Shown here: positions 1-14,039 of the stretch, piece by piece
How positions within the stretch are numbered: the stretch's first letter is position 1
Layout of the letters: the number at the start of each line of letters is the position of its first letter
Assembly: GCA_951406725.2 (NCBI GenBank)
Contig: OX597816.1
Coordinates: forward strand, 103,292,001-103,356,000
Direction of reading: 5' to 3'
Origin: Octopus vulgaris
Lineage: Eukaryota
DNA: 64,000 bases
Notes under the pieces: generated by a model
Database searches by the model: none
Told to the model about the DNA's origin: nothing
What the model saw: only the letters and a program-made list of their open reading frames with translations
Program-made: the position numbers and the translations under genes

Positions 1-1184
1 AGCAAAAGCGGTACCCATGAATGCTTTGCAAAGTCTCCGAGATTAGAAGAGGAAAAGGAAGAGGTTATAAGATATCCTATGGCTGGAAACATGATTCGAT
101 TGCTGACAAGATAGTATATTCTGTCAAAGGCACCCAAAGTCCAAGTGGTGATGTTAAATTAGACGAGAGATTAAAGCTACCGCTCATGAACAAGTAGAGC
201 TCAAGCAACAAGCTTTTATGCGGTTTCTATCTCCTTAATTACACTGACAGTGTTTGTGATAGAGGACACATTGCTGTGCAGTGGAATTAAATCTAAAAAC
301 GCGTGGTTGCTAAGCGAATTTCTCAACCACATACAACGACACTTGAACAATTGAAATGAACAAAATATTGTACACCCCAATAATGATGCCTGCATCTAAT
401 ATATTCAACAAAATAGAAGTTACTTGCTATTATATATTTACTCCATTTGCTGCTTTATTGACTTACAGTGTCTCTTCTGTTATCTCAATAACTACTGAAG
501 CTGAAAAGTCCAAATATATTTAGCAACAAATTACTAAGGAAAATGAAAAAAAAATTGTTTTTACGGTTTTCGAAATATTGCTTGAGCGTGTTATGGGTTA
601 TCGGAAAACGAAATAAGTTGTATGAAAAATATAAATGCTATAAAAATGATTACAAAACTTTATACTTTCTGCTCTCATGGCGATATGTAACTGTTACTAC
701 AGAGTGGTGGATTGGTAGTATCGTCAGATACTTTGAGGTGTTTGTTCTGGTTCTTTATATTCTGAATCCAAACCGCCCCAGAGGTGAAGTCAGCATTTCA
801 TCTTTCCTGAGTCGATAAAATAATGTAAAATAAAATAATAGGCATACAGTGAGGTCGATTTCGGTGACTGTTACCTATCTACCACTAAATATCTGATCTT
901 GTTTCAATTTTAGAAATTATATATGATCGCAGAACAAATGTCCAAATATGAAATCGCTTACTGGGGTCACCCGCTGGACTGCGGTAATTCTGGAGCACTA
1001 CTTTCTAATACATGGTCAGTTGCAACAATCTCAGTACTATTCATGTCACGTTGTTTAGGCCTGATATTTACTTTAAGGATAAAGGTATCTGGGAAATAAT
1101 ATTCCATGTACAACTAAATGTTCATCGTCAAAACCGACAGAAAACCCAACAACTTTAATGCAGCTAGAGGCCCAGAATAACAAT

Positions 1185-1610
1185 CTTTTCTACTATAGAT
1201 ACACGGCCTGAAATTTTAGAGGAGGAGGCTAGTCGACGACTTCGACACCAGTACTCAACTTAGTCGTTTTCAGCGGCATTTGAACTCAGAACCTAAAGAC
1301 GAACGAAATGCCGCTAAGCATTTTGTTTGGCGTGCTGACGATTCTACCAGCTCGCTAGTTTCAAATTTTAGCATAAGGCTAGCAATTTTGGGGAACAGGG
1401 TAAGTCGAGTGCATTGACCCCAGTGCTTGATTGGTACTTATTTTATCAATCTCAAAAGGACGAAAGACAAAGTTGATCTGGGCGAAAATTGAAGGCACAA
1501 ACCTGAAATTTCGGGGAGTGGGAAGTCAGTCGATTCCATCGACCTTAATGCTCAACTGGTACTTATTTCATCGACCTCGAAAGGACGAAAGGCAAAGTTG
1601 GCCTCGGCAC
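1185..1610 (-). mobile_element. Cluster of tandem/partial SINE family A copies
   Basis: Repeated family A motifs (gaactcagaac, ctggtacttattttatcgacc..gaaaggatgaaaggcaaagt, cacaaggcctgaaattt) in several truncated copies; boundaries approximate. Confidence 0.8.
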
Positions 1611-4600
1611 AATTATTGAAAGACCAAGTGTAATAAAAAACAAAAACCAACCTAAAACAATTCGTCACCAGTGACATTTTACCTAACACAAAATGACTAA
1701 ACCTTGCAAGTCATTTAGTTTGGCACTCAACTAATATCACTGTTCCACCGCCCTGTATAATTTCTGGCTTCGAAACATATTTATGTGCTCTGTCCCCCAC
1801 ATGACATAGCACGTAACTGGTTCTGTATTTCAGTAACTAGGTGGTAATAAGGTCATCAGACTTTAAGCAATACTATAGGTAAAGAGAACAGTCGACCGAA
1901 TTGACCTCAATATATGACAGGTAATATTTTGCTAAACCAGAAAGAATGAAAAGAACAAACTAGAATTTATTTCGGCGAGGTTTGATACTAGAACGTAAAA
2001 ACGGAATAATTAAAAATGACAAGGCCCTTTGCCCGAGGCTTTTCCGCTTTAAAAAAAAAGTCTTCAAGTGTGCTTCACTTATAATTTTTTTACGTAGGAA
2101 CAAAGTCCAGATGCTTTGTAGGGAAGACTCAGTCGATTAAATTGACCTCAGTACTGGCGCCTTATTTTAGTGATCCCGAAAAAGTTTAGAAAGAAAGTTG
2201 GCTTTAATGGAATTTGAATTGAAAATGTAAAGAACTCTAACAAATATCTAAAAAGCATTTCTGCTCGATGCTCTAACGATTCTGCCAACTCACGAAACTC
2301 AAGTTTGCTCCAGTTATAATATATAAACCGGTGTTAGTCCGGAGACAGACAAGAAAGTGTCTAGAAAATTACAAGGAAAAAATTTATATGAAAAAAAAAA
2401 ATCGAAAATAGCGACGGAAAACAAAGTAAAACAACCCACTCTGGAAAATACGGTTGATGACGTGTTTCTGAGAAGTCAGTGCGTGTAATGAGTATGAATA
2501 ACTAAATAAATGAAAAATAAATGAATAAATAAATGAATAATTAAATGAATAAATTAATAAATATATAAATAACTGAATAAATAAATATATAAAAATAGTT
2601 GTCGAATATGGAAAGAAAATATGAATGAGTTGTAGAATTGCTCAGCAGCAGTTTTTCAGTTTTATCAGACTTGTGGAATGTAACATTCAGATATCTTCTT
2701 ACTTTCCTTTGCAACATTATTCTATGACTCTCTCCACTCTCTCTGTCTGTCTGTCTGTCTGCCTCTCTGTCTGTTTGTCTGTCTGTCTGTCTCTCTCTCT
2801 TTCTCCCTCTTTCCATCTGACACCATTCTTTCATTCGTACTAAAACAAATAAACGACATAAGTAACTAATATATAAATAAAATATAGCAAAATAAACTGA
2901 TGGACAATTTTTGTCAAAGTAAATGAAACAATAGTGAAATTGATGTTAATATTAACTTCAGAGAACATTGAAATGTTTACTAATAATGACAATTGTGTGA
3001 TGACGGGTGGATGGGAAACAATATTAAGCAATAACTAATATTTATCATTTATCTCTTACTTGTTGCAGTCTTTGAACTGCGACCACGCTGGGGCACTACT
3101 TTGAAGAATTTAGTTGACCAAACCGACCCCAGTACTTATCTTTATCAGTCTCCTTTTGCCGAACCGTTAACTTATGGTGATGTAGATAAACATAAGAAAT
3201 AATCATCATGTGTCATAGGTTCATTATTACTGTTATATGCGGTCACTCGACTCGGCTAGAAATAGCAGCCAATTCTCTCTCAGTAGATTACATCTTTCAG
3301 TTTTTAAAGATTAATCACGGTTTGAATGACCTCCATTTAAAAAAAGAGTTCAGTCAGGGATGACATTGGACTAAACAACTTTTCTGCTGTAGGCACAAGG
3401 CCTGAAATTTTTTGGGAGAGGCCTTGTCGGTTCCATCTACCCCAATACTTCACTGGTACTGAAAGGATGAAAGGTAAAGTCGACGGAATTTGAACTCAAA
3501 ACATAAAGCCAGAAGAAATGCCGCTATGCATTTTTTGCTAACAACTGTACCAGCTCACCGCTTTCTTAGGACTAAATAGTAATACCAACATTAGTGTATT
3601 ACAAGCACATTACTAAATGCTATAACTAAATACTATTCAGATCTCTATTTTCTCTAACATCAACACCGCCTTAACATTATAGTATATTATTAATTCAAAA
3701 CTAAAATACAAATATGATATATGAAATCCCAGACAAAATTTAAACTATAATTGGCAGATATGTACAGAATATCGAGATTCTATTCTCTGGAGTTACTTTT
3801 GAAAATAGAGTTTTCTTGGATTATTTATTTTTTTATTGAAACAATTGATTGAAAATATTGATTGTATAAGTCTCTTCTGTTCACCTCCATTCTCTTTTGA
3901 AAACAATATAATTACGATCAAAGATTGACGTCAGCTAGTGTTTCGTGACGAAATAACTCACGCAAAGTAATTCTTACATTATATTATAATCAGCCTGCTT
4001 ACAGCAACAGAGCTTCTCTCAGAACGTTAGTTCCATTACTCACTTGATGATAGATTGTTAAGCTACTTAAAAACTTTGCCTCCTTATAATATGCACGATA
4101 TGATGGAAATATGCACCAATTAAATAGTTCATCGGAATTCAGGAACAGCAGTCAAAGACATTGTATTCATATAGTGTATCGTACGTAGAGCAGATCAGCC
4201 TCGCTGATCCCGTCACTCACCAAGTTATAGCCTTAATAATGCTGCAAGCCAATACCACTGAGTAACGCTATCAAGAGCAGATCTTATGGCAGACCTAGAT
4301 GGACTGTAGCGTTAGGTGAAAAAAAATCATCATGATTTCTTACATCGACATAGCACTAGCATTATATCGATTCCTCTAATTGACTGGTAATCATTTTATC
4401 GATCTTGGAAGGCTGAAAAGTAAAGTTAACATTAGCAGGATTTACTCTCAGAAAGAAAAGAGCCGGAAAAAATACCGCAAAATATTTGTCCGGGGCTCTA
4501 ACTTTCCTATTCATCCGCGACCATAAAGTTGGCTTCGGTTGATTTTGAATTCAAAAAGGTCAAAAGTAAATATGCCGACAACCTCTTTTGGTGACATATT

Positions 4601-5425
4601 CTCGTTGAGATAATTAGTCTTCGTACCTCTTGACGTTCTGAGTTCAAATTCTGCCGAGGTCGACTTTGTTTTTGAACCTTTTGGGGCCGATAAAATAAAC
4701 ATCAGTTGTACACTGGGGTCGATGTAATCGACTTACCCCCCTCCCCAGAAATTTCTGGCTTTGCACCAAAATTTGAAGTCAGCTTTTACACTGTCTTTGT
4801 TTCAATTAAAAATAAAGAATTTACTAAAATAACTTTGTCACTGTCAAGCTAGTTAGGAACATAAATTAACATGAAATTTTGATGAAAAGTTTTAAATAAG
4901 ACCGCTTTAAAGCAAAAATTCATAGAAATAAAGACGATCTCAGTGTGTAGGCAATAAAAGAGTAAAAATTAGGCACAAAGCTACATATTTTCAGGAAAAG
5001 GTATAATTAATTCAATTGGTCCTAGTATCTAACTGATTCCTTTTTTATCGACTCATGAAGGATGAAACAAAATTCAATTTCGTTAAGATTTGAACACAGA
5101 ATATAAAGTGATATGGCTAAATATTACAAAGCATTTAACCTGATACTCATTCTAATTACTCTGATAATGCTAAAACTTCTTTCCAGCATAAAGTTAAGGT
5201 CACATAATTTGGGAAGAGAATATAGTCGTTTATATTGACCACAGTACTTAACTCAATTTATTTTGTGTACACAAGATGGCTGGAGAGAGCAAGTTTGATC
5301 TCCGCGTGATTTTAACTCAAAGCATAAAGAGAAAATGAGCGTTGTTTCTCTTATAGTTGCTTCTTTACTTCGGTAATGAGAAAATGAAATGAAACAGATA
5401 TATAAGAAAGAAAGTACCACGATAA

Positions 5426-6201
5426 AAAGTGTGAACTGAGAAATAGCTGCAAGGCATATTGTTTACTTTATAAACATCAAAAGAATGATTGAATGGATAT
5501 TATAAAAGATAACAGAGCTTTTTACAAATATATAAGGGGAAAAAAATGAATAATAGAAGAATGGAAGGCACGAAAGTTTTGTGTTGTGATTACTGATAAT
5601 TAAAAGAGCAGACTTGTCATTTTATTCCAGCAGACATCTCTAATTGATGCGTTGTCATTGCAGTTTGTTCTCTCTTTCACACACTTATTCCACGAGCGAA
5701 TAATTCCTCAAGTGTTGGTGCTTGTAAGAAATGTTATATCAGCTTTTAAGAAAGAGAGCTTATTGGCACAAAGACAACAAACGCCAAGCATCTTTTGTCT
5801 AAAATACAAATACTTTTTTTTCTTTTCCATTTTTTTTTTTTGCGTAGGATGGCTGCATAAGATTATCCAGTTATTCTATATTTATGCTTTTGTTGAGGAG
5901 ATTAGTAAAGTAGATTAAGTCGAACCTTCAGTAACTTCTTTGTTGCTTATTCTATTGATTTCTAGAAAAGTAAGAATAGAAGTGAACCTCGGAAATATTT
6001 GACCTCAGATTTTAAGAAACGTAACTAAATATGTTCTACCTTTTAATAAGTCATTTGTTGATACAATTTCGCACTATTTTTCCTTTTTGGATAAAAAAAA
6101 AGACAGTTATCCGAAACTTAGGATGTCCATGGATATAGGACACACAGACACACACACACATACACGCGTAGGTACATATATATTAATAAATAAATTAATA
6201 G

Positions 6202-6248
<47 letters not shown>

Positions 6249-6302
6249 CTTACTTGGAAATGAATGCGTGGCGTTCAATCAAATAATAATATAAATAATA
6301 AA

Positions 6303-6371
<69 letters not shown>

Positions 6372-6438
6372 TATATATACACACACAAAGTGTGAACTGA
6401 GAAATAGCTGCAAGGCATATTGTTTACTTTATAAACAT
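5426..6438. repeat. Perfect 52-bp direct repeat (5426-5477 and 6387-6438)
   Basis: aaagtgtgaactgagaaatagctgcaaggcatattgtttactttataaacat occurs identically twice. Confidence 0.9.
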
Positions 6439-6494
6439 GTCAAAGAAAATATTTCTCCAGCGTTCGCTATTTTACCTTCGTAGAGCGTTAGGTG

Positions 6495-6593
6495 CTTTCG
6501 CTCAATAAACACTCACAACACCCGGTCTGGGAATCGACACCGCGATCTTACGACCGCGAGTCCGCTGCCTTAACCACTGGGACATTGCGCCTC
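6495..6593 (-). mobile_element. tRNA-derived SINE head fragment
   Basis: Reverse complement aggcgcaatgtcccagtggttaaggcagcgg...gtgtcgattcccagaccgg shows A/B-box-like motifs; related to the SINE at 52827-53176. Confidence 0.7.
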
Positions 6594-7139
6594 AATTTTT
6601 ACATACATACATACATGCATGCATGCATACATACATACATACATACATACATACATACATACATACATACATACATACATACATACATACATACATACAT
6701 ACATACGTGTATACAATCCACAGCTTAGTGAGATAGGGATATTCATTTCTCACTGGTATGAAAAAAGAATGTAGTTTAGCGTATTAAGATTTGTATCAAT
6801 ATAGCCACACCGCAAGAAAATAATATTATAGATAGATTATATTTCTACTTTCATTCCATAGTTAAGATTGTGCACTTCTCGAAACAAAGATAAAAACAAT
6901 AAACAGAAGTGAGAAGTGTATAACAAAAGACATAATTTTCAAAGATGTTCCCTCTTAAAGATGCACCTTTAGTGTTACTCACTTGGGTTTTATACTATCC
7001 AAAGAATCAAGTGCTTAACATAATTAGAATTTAAAAAGGCAGTATATGTTTAATGATTCGCTTACTTCCAACAATTTTATAATTTTCTAAATAACTTGGG
7101 GATTTCCACGAGTACTACTGGTACTACCTACCATGTTGT

Positions 7140-7900
7140 ACGCACATAAATACCATCAACTTTTTGTCTCCAGAATTCCCACCCCTGTATTGATCTTTGT
7201 TGGTTGCTCTTCAGTAAACCAGTGTCTTCAACCAGTTGGTCAATACATGCTCTGGCAGGATGATCCCTTGGTTACTTTCCGTATGTTAGTTCCCAGATTA
7301 GCATTTAATTCACTACAGAACATCACACTTCTTTTCTTTATGCTGGAGGTTACTCTTGGAAAATTATCATAAAGTACCTAATTTGTTGTATGGAACTACT
7401 ATACTGCTCTCAGAAGTCTTATAATTTTTGTCTTAAGTGACAAGCCGTTTAATATTTGTCATATGGATTTTATGAGCGGTCAGTGGCAAATTTGAACGTG
7501 AATGAAATTTCACCGCTGGCGAGATGTTCCCATCTCTGACCTGCGGGAGTCCTCCCGAGAGGTGTTAACAATTTTTACTGAGCAGTCCATGTCCACTCAG
7601 TACCTAAATAAGTATCTGATACGCTAAATTTATGCGTTTTGTTTAGTATTTCTGTTTTTTTGTTTGTGTGTGCATTTTCTAGGATATATCCTGCTGACTA
7701 CTGTTTCTGTGAAGATGTAATTTTCTGGCCAAGTCTACAATTCCCGGCTGGAGCAAAATTAAATTCATTTATAGAAGTCTATGAATGTCACAGAGTCTCA
7801 TAACCCAACTTGTACAGAGGTTTTGGCCTAGTGCCGAAGCTGGAAACTAAATTTGCAACTCTTCCAGCAATGCTGCTCACCTATTATATTTGAAAAATAA
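7140..7900 (-). pseudogene. Decayed RTE-like LINE, RT C-terminal part
   Basis: Minus-strand remnants such as CIDQLVEDTGL, YLG and RLLRA resemble RTE-clade ORF C-termini; many stops and frameshifts; boundaries approximate. Confidence 0.5.
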
Positions 7901-8648
7901 AGAAAAAAATTGTAGAATATTTGTATAGAAACTAAAAATTAATAACTCTTACATATTTCTCAGATGTATTGGGCTCCATAACATCGTGGCTAACACATAG
8001 TTCTTTCTTCAACTGTTTGTGGTTTCTTGGCAACAAATCAGTTTGTATCGACTCTTGGCGTTGTTCTTCTCACATATTAGTTATGCACGAATATTTTTTC
8101 ACGTGAATTTTCCAATATATTCCTAGCATTTGTAAGATGGTGCACAGTAGTATGAGGGAGACTTGGCCGCTAATTCTGGCATATCGAAGAAAAATAAGAG
8201 GCCCTTACGTTAGCACAGTGTGTATGAAAAACTTTTGTGATACACATGACAGTTGTATTTAACCCAGGGTTAGCTCTAACTGAGGGGACCTGTGATCAAA
8301 AGACATTCTAACCCAAACTGTCTCTTCGTTTTCTCGGAGTGATCTTAGGGAGAATTGGATGGTATTTCTAGAGCAGCCCTATGCGTGTCACGGAGAAATA
8401 GGGAAGATACGGCATGGCAGTGTGATAAAGACGTTTACCTAGCAACCTTGTGATTCGAATTCAATGTTAGTGTATAGCACTGTGGGCAAGTGTCTTCCAT
8501 CGATAGCCTGAATGGAACTTTCTCGGTGTAAACTCTGGAAGCCCATCGTATAAACATACATGCATATGCATATGAACACGTATATATATATATATATATA
8601 TATATGCTTTCACTGCGATTGTATTGTTAAGCAGCATCGATTTTTACA

Positions 8649-8966
8649 ATTCTGTAAATAATAATAATAGTACTTTATAAGCTTAAAACTTATAAGCGAT
8701 CACCTGGCAATGACTAAAGATAATAGTCTAATAATGGGGCATATAAGCCCACGACTGAAAAGGTAGGTTTGCCCATATGCGTAGGACTCGAACCTACACC
8801 TCTTTGTTTACGCAACCAAGTGTGCTACCGTTACACCAACGCACCAACCTGCTTCTTTCTGTCAGATTTAAGAACTTGGTACATTATTAGACTATTTTCT
8901 TTAGTCATTGCGCGGTGATCGCTTATAAGCTTTAAGCTTATAAAATACTTTTATTATTTACAGAAT
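8649..8966. mobile_element. Fold-back element with ~85-bp inverted arms enclosing a tRNA-like cassette
   Basis: Arm 8649-8736 is a near reverse complement of arm 8882-8966; weaker inner arms at ~8753-8769 and ~8846-8863. Confidence 0.85.
8774..8845 (-). ncRNA. tRNA-like Pol III cassette (pseudo-tRNA)
   Basis: GGTGCGTTGGTGTAACGGTAGCAC...GTAGGTTCGAGTCCTAC: A box TGGTGTAACGG, D stem GTGT/GCAC, perfect T arm GTAGG-TTCGAGT-CCTAC, TTTT at 8758-8761; acceptor and anticodon arms non-canonical. Confidence 0.65.
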
Positions 8967-9187
8967 ATATATGTATATGTACATGTATATATATTTTGTG
9001 CGTGTATGTGTGCGTAAACATTAGCGAGAAAACTTAAAAGAAATCTGCTTTACAAAGCACAAAGTTGCGGACATCTTGTTACTCTAACACACAGTGAACT
9101 AATCATCAGTCGCATGTAAAGCCTATGACCAACAACGTTAATGCTTACCAATTCCAATATAAAAAAAGAAAACAAACAAAAAGGGAA

Positions 9188-9580
9188 CTGCAGGCGTGGC
9201 TTCATGATTGCCTCCCAATCACACGGGCGGATTCAATCCCATTGCGCGGCACCTTGGGCAAGTGTCTTCTACTATAACCCCGGGCCAATCAAAGCCTTGT
9301 GAGTGAATTTGGTACAAGTAAAGTGAAAGAAACCGGTCGCTTATATACGTGTGTGTATGTTTGCGCATGCGTGTGTGTGTGTTTGAGTTTGTGTTTGTCT
9401 ACCCCCACTACTTGACACCCCGTGTTGGTTAATTTACGTCTTTGTAACTTAGCAGTTCCTCAAAAAGACATTAAAGATGAAGTACTGTGGCGGTGGGATT
9501 GATTTGTTCTACTAAACCCTTCAAGACAGTGTCCCTGTATGGTCGCAGTCCGGTAACTGAAACAAATAAAAGATAAAAAA
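9188..9580 (+). mobile_element. tRNA-derived SINE family B with internal (TG)n
   Basis: gcaggcgtggc...ttcaatcccattgcgcggcaccttgggcaagtgtcttctactata...(tg)n...gtatggtcgcagtc..actgaaacaaataaaaga; related copies at ~8408-8560, 15568-15950 and tails at ~3050-3190, 41940-42102, 42176-42380. Confidence 0.8.
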
Positions 9581-10042
9581 AAAAGAAAAGTAAAAGGGTA
9601 AGGCTGACTTCTCGATCTAGTTTTGAATACTTCCTTTGCGACATTCGTATCAAAATTTCTATTTCTTCCCTCTCTAACAAAATATAATTTCCATGTTGGA
9701 AATTGTTATATTAGGGATTGTGACAAACTTTGTAAAGTAAGATGCTACTTCCGCCAGAAAGAAGTATGAATATTAAACATAAATTAATATTTTCTGGTTA
9801 CTATAACTATAAAGCCTTTGTGCTAAATTAAAATCTAACCAATACAAGTTGGAGATGATTGAATAGTGCAAAGCATTCAACATGACGCTACTATTTCTGT
9901 CATTCCAATGCAGTACCAGGCTTTGCTCAGTTTGATAGGAAGTATAAAAAAAGGTTATACAGTCTATAATTTTTTCCTAGTAAAGTTATGTACGTATGCA
10001 ATATCCCAGCTACCTTGATGCAGTTTGGAATATGATTTGTGA

Positions 10043-10353
10043 CCCCACCTTCGGTCATGACTGACCGTAGGATTGCACCTAGAAAGTTACCCTCCCAGGC
10101 ACAAGTCCTGGCAAGGCTGTTTGTGGAGAACCAGCAGTCGCCCATGCATACCGGCCTCCCGTCTCCACGCCACCAGTGTTATCCAAGGGAAAGGCAAAGG
10201 CCGATACAGCTTGGCACCTGTGACGTTGCAACTCATTTCTACAGCTGAGTAAACTGGAGCAACGTGAAATAAAGCGTCTTGCTCAAGAACACAACACGCA
10301 GCCCGGTCTGGGATTCGAACTCACAACCTCACGATCGTAAACTCGACGCTCTA
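10043..10353 (-). mobile_element. tRNA(Arg)-like SINE, 5'-truncated copy
   Basis: Closely similar to 52827-53176 along its whole length. Confidence 0.85.
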
Positions 10354-12799
10354 CACAGATATTCACTTTTATACGTTGTGATTAGCAGCAATACCTGGCA
10401 TTGCTCAGTTTAATTAGCTTAGCCTTGACTCGTAAGTGCGTATGATTTGATAGCTTGTACTTCACTTTTTATAGATGTTTTGCTAATTATTTAAGTTATC
10501 TATGCAATCGTGAGCAGATACAGACATTCCCACGATTTGATTAACATCTAAAATAAATGTAACCATTCTTCATATTTTCGGAAAATGCTTTAAAAATATA
10601 CTAGTAATGCTCAGTTTGTCCAGGAATGTTGATTCACACAGAATTGTTAAATCTAGACACTTTAGAATTTGGCTCGAGCTGAGTTTCATGAAAACGTGCA
10701 AAAACATAAGAAAATAAATATAGAACCTTAAAGTTATATAACCTATGATTTTCTTCTCGAAAAATGTATCAGTGGGAAAAATAGCTGCCTAGTTGCACTT
10801 ACACTTTTATACAATATATAAGGCTTTTTGACGAAACACAATAATGCAACATTGATTTTTTTTTTACTTTACACTGGACCAAGTCCATAGATTCTTAAAG
10901 CTAGAGCGTGGTTAATCTAGTCGATCACAGTATAGTGGAAGTGTCTACGTGATTATTTGACTTGCTAGAAATAACAGCCAAATCGCTCTCAAATCACACT
11001 CTATCCGTTAAAAAAAGAGGGATGCGTGTTTAAAACAGTAACAGTGAATATTTTTAGATTAGAGTACTAGAAGTCTAATTTCACTAATAATTTCGTATTT
11101 GGAATGTCACGTATATGTGGGTTGTAAAATTTCTTATCAGTACTCATAGATGAGGTTTTTAGAAGATGATATTGCTGGGAGTCTCCTTTATCAAAGGTCT
11201 TTATGTGCCACTGCCAACACAAATGTTTTTTGATCGCCATCATTGATCTAGGATAAGATAAACTAAATTGGCATTATCAGGACTTAAACGCCTTCTTTCA
11301 TAGATCTACATGAGCTGGTATGAATAGGGTTTAAACAACAACAACAACGACGACGACAGCAACAACAAATAACACATTTTTATCGACTCCAGCGAGTTGA
11401 AAGGCAAGTTTCAGTCACCGTCGATGAGATCTGAACTCAGAAAGTAACTGGAACATAATTATTATAAACAGAGCGGGATTAAGGCCGATTAGTGGTCCAT
11501 TGATAGTCTAACAATGGTTTCCTCTTCCTAGATCCTTCTATATTTAACCGACAAAACATTAATACAGAATGAGATGAAACTGAAGTAATCGATTAAAACT
11601 TCATTTTCTTTCAGATCAAACTCCACAATAAATATATTAAATATGAGTTATATGAGAGTGTACTAATTGCAGTAAAATAATTTACTGAAATTTCCCTCTC
11701 AGTTGGAGCAAGAAAACCAAACTTTAGTGGCAGTTATTTGTAACTCTCAAGGAAAAGGGGAGGCGGGATTTCAACCGTGTTTCGTGGTCTGCTACCAAAA
11801 CAGCTCCTGTATAGGATCCAGTTAGCTCAAGACATCATCAGGAGGAACCACGTCCAGTTTCGGCCCCTACTCCTCTACCGTTTTGATGTGGCGCCCCCCT
11901 CCCTTTCGGAGGTGTCTTCAGCTCTGGTGTTGGATGCATGTCTTCTTTCTTCTTTCTTCTGTTCCCTGGACTCTTCGATGTACAAAGCCTGAAATTTTGC
12001 TGGTGGGATCTAGTGGATTACATTGGTGCACAACTAGTACTTATTTTATCGACCTTCCTCGGTGCCTGGAAGGTAATGTCGACCTCGGCGAAATATGAAC
12101 TCGGCGAAATTTGAACTTAGAATGTAAAACGGACGAAATGCTACTAAGCATTTTGTCCGGAGTGCTGAAGATTCCGCCTGTTTGAAGCCCTAATTTGAAG
12201 AAATATTAAATACAATTTTACACTTTTAAATGTTATTTATTAAATATTAAACAGCAGAGCATCAGAAAAGCAATACAGGGAAATTGTTTATTTACAAGTG
12301 GGACAAAAAGGGTAAAATGCAAATAAACTAAACTGTTATAGTTTACTATTTGCATCCTCGTAAATTAGACAAGAGAGAAAAAGAAAAAGAAAAAAAGAAA
12401 GAAAATATCTCTGTAACGTCCCAATGACGTCCTTTTCTCTTGCTGTTCTAAATAGATGCTTATATTCATTAGCAGTTAATGCATATCAGATTGCAAGGCA
12501 AATAGTTCAACGCCTTAAATGAAGTTGTCCACCAGCTTTGAATGAACAAACTATATTGAAAGACAGGTTTGTGTTTAGAAAATATCATCTACAGTTTTAT
12601 ACTGTTCGAGAAAAGCCCCAGCAGAAAAAATAACCAGATGAAATATTTTGTCTGCATCAAGAAGCACAATTTAAGCGGAATAGCTAAGAGATAAGCAGAA
12701 TGGAAAGGATTAAAACAGCAGATATATTTCTGTAATAAATGAAAATGGGCCTTTTTTTTTTATTATAAATCTGAATCTGTTTATAGGTAGGATTCTTCC

Positions 12800-12827
12800 T
12801 TTCTCTCTTCCTTCCTTTCCTTTCTCT

Positions 12828-12891
<64 letters not shown>

Positions 12892-12930
12892 TCCTTCCTT
12901 CCTTGTTTGTTTGTTTGTTTGTTTCTTTTT

Positions 12931-12997
<67 letters not shown>
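12800..12997. repeat. (TTTC)n microsatellite
   Basis: Two long TTTC tracts read directly. Confidence 0.95.
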
Positions 12998-12998
<1 letters not shown>

Positions 12999-14039
12999 AT
13001 ATAATAGGAAATATCTCTAAATACATTATATACTTCAGGAAATCATTAATAGATGGTGAAACGCTGAAAAGGAAAAACAGGAAAAGAGGGAACCAAAGAA
13101 GAGAGAATAGTGTGTGCCCATACATACATACATACATACATATATACGTACATACAACGATGCACAACGTATACACACATACACACCACTCGTATATTAA
13201 GGAAAAGAGAAAGAGATAACATGAAAGGTGTCGAGTGAAGTTGGGGCAGTGTTGGTGGTGATGTTGAAGGCGGTGTTGATGGTAGTATTGGCAGTAATTT
13301 TGGTGTTGGTGTTGCTGTTGATGTTGGTAGTACTGTTGGTGGTCTTGTTTGGGGTTGGGTTTGTGAGTTCCGAAAGAGATATTATTGTCAGAACAGTTGC
13401 TATAATTCTTGTAGATGTATCTCCAGTCAGGTGTAACAGACACCGAGAACATATTTAAGAAAGCGGTAGAAAGCAGATGCTAATATAATATCTTCACTTC
13501 AGATTTAACAGGCAGCTCGTTGGTAAATAGAGTTTTATATTGTTTCATTTCTGGACATAGAATTCGTTCTGATTTTCAGCTCCCTTTCATTTAAAGGAAA
13601 GCATTTTAAAAATGATTGTAAAAGTTGATGCAGTTGATTGTGTTGTGTTCTTGTTGTAGCTGAGTAGCTTCGGTTAGTTTGTTTAAATAGATCTCAAACA
13701 CGAAGCTAACAGAATGAATGTTGGATGTGAAGTTATATACATATACAGGTCAGTCAAATAGTCAGGATAAGCTGATGTGAAATCTTTTACTGTGATAGAT
13801 TAAAGCAAAAGATTTCCAAGGATTTCCAGGACTTTTGGTTTCGGATCACTGACTTCGGAGAGTTTACTGAATCTTGACTCATCACCTCATCCTCAGTATC
13901 TTCCAACCATGGACAGAAACCTCAAACACATCTTTCAATCGTGGTTAAGCTAATCTTACCTCTTCCTGTATTACAGCAGATATCAAGGGAGCATTATCGC
14001 TCTTTAACCCTCTAATCATGATTAATATACAACTATAAA

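Noticed and set aside
11470-11926. Possible hAT-like MITE (cagagcgggattaagg ... cagctctg)
   Set aside because: Right terminus poorly matched and no TSD
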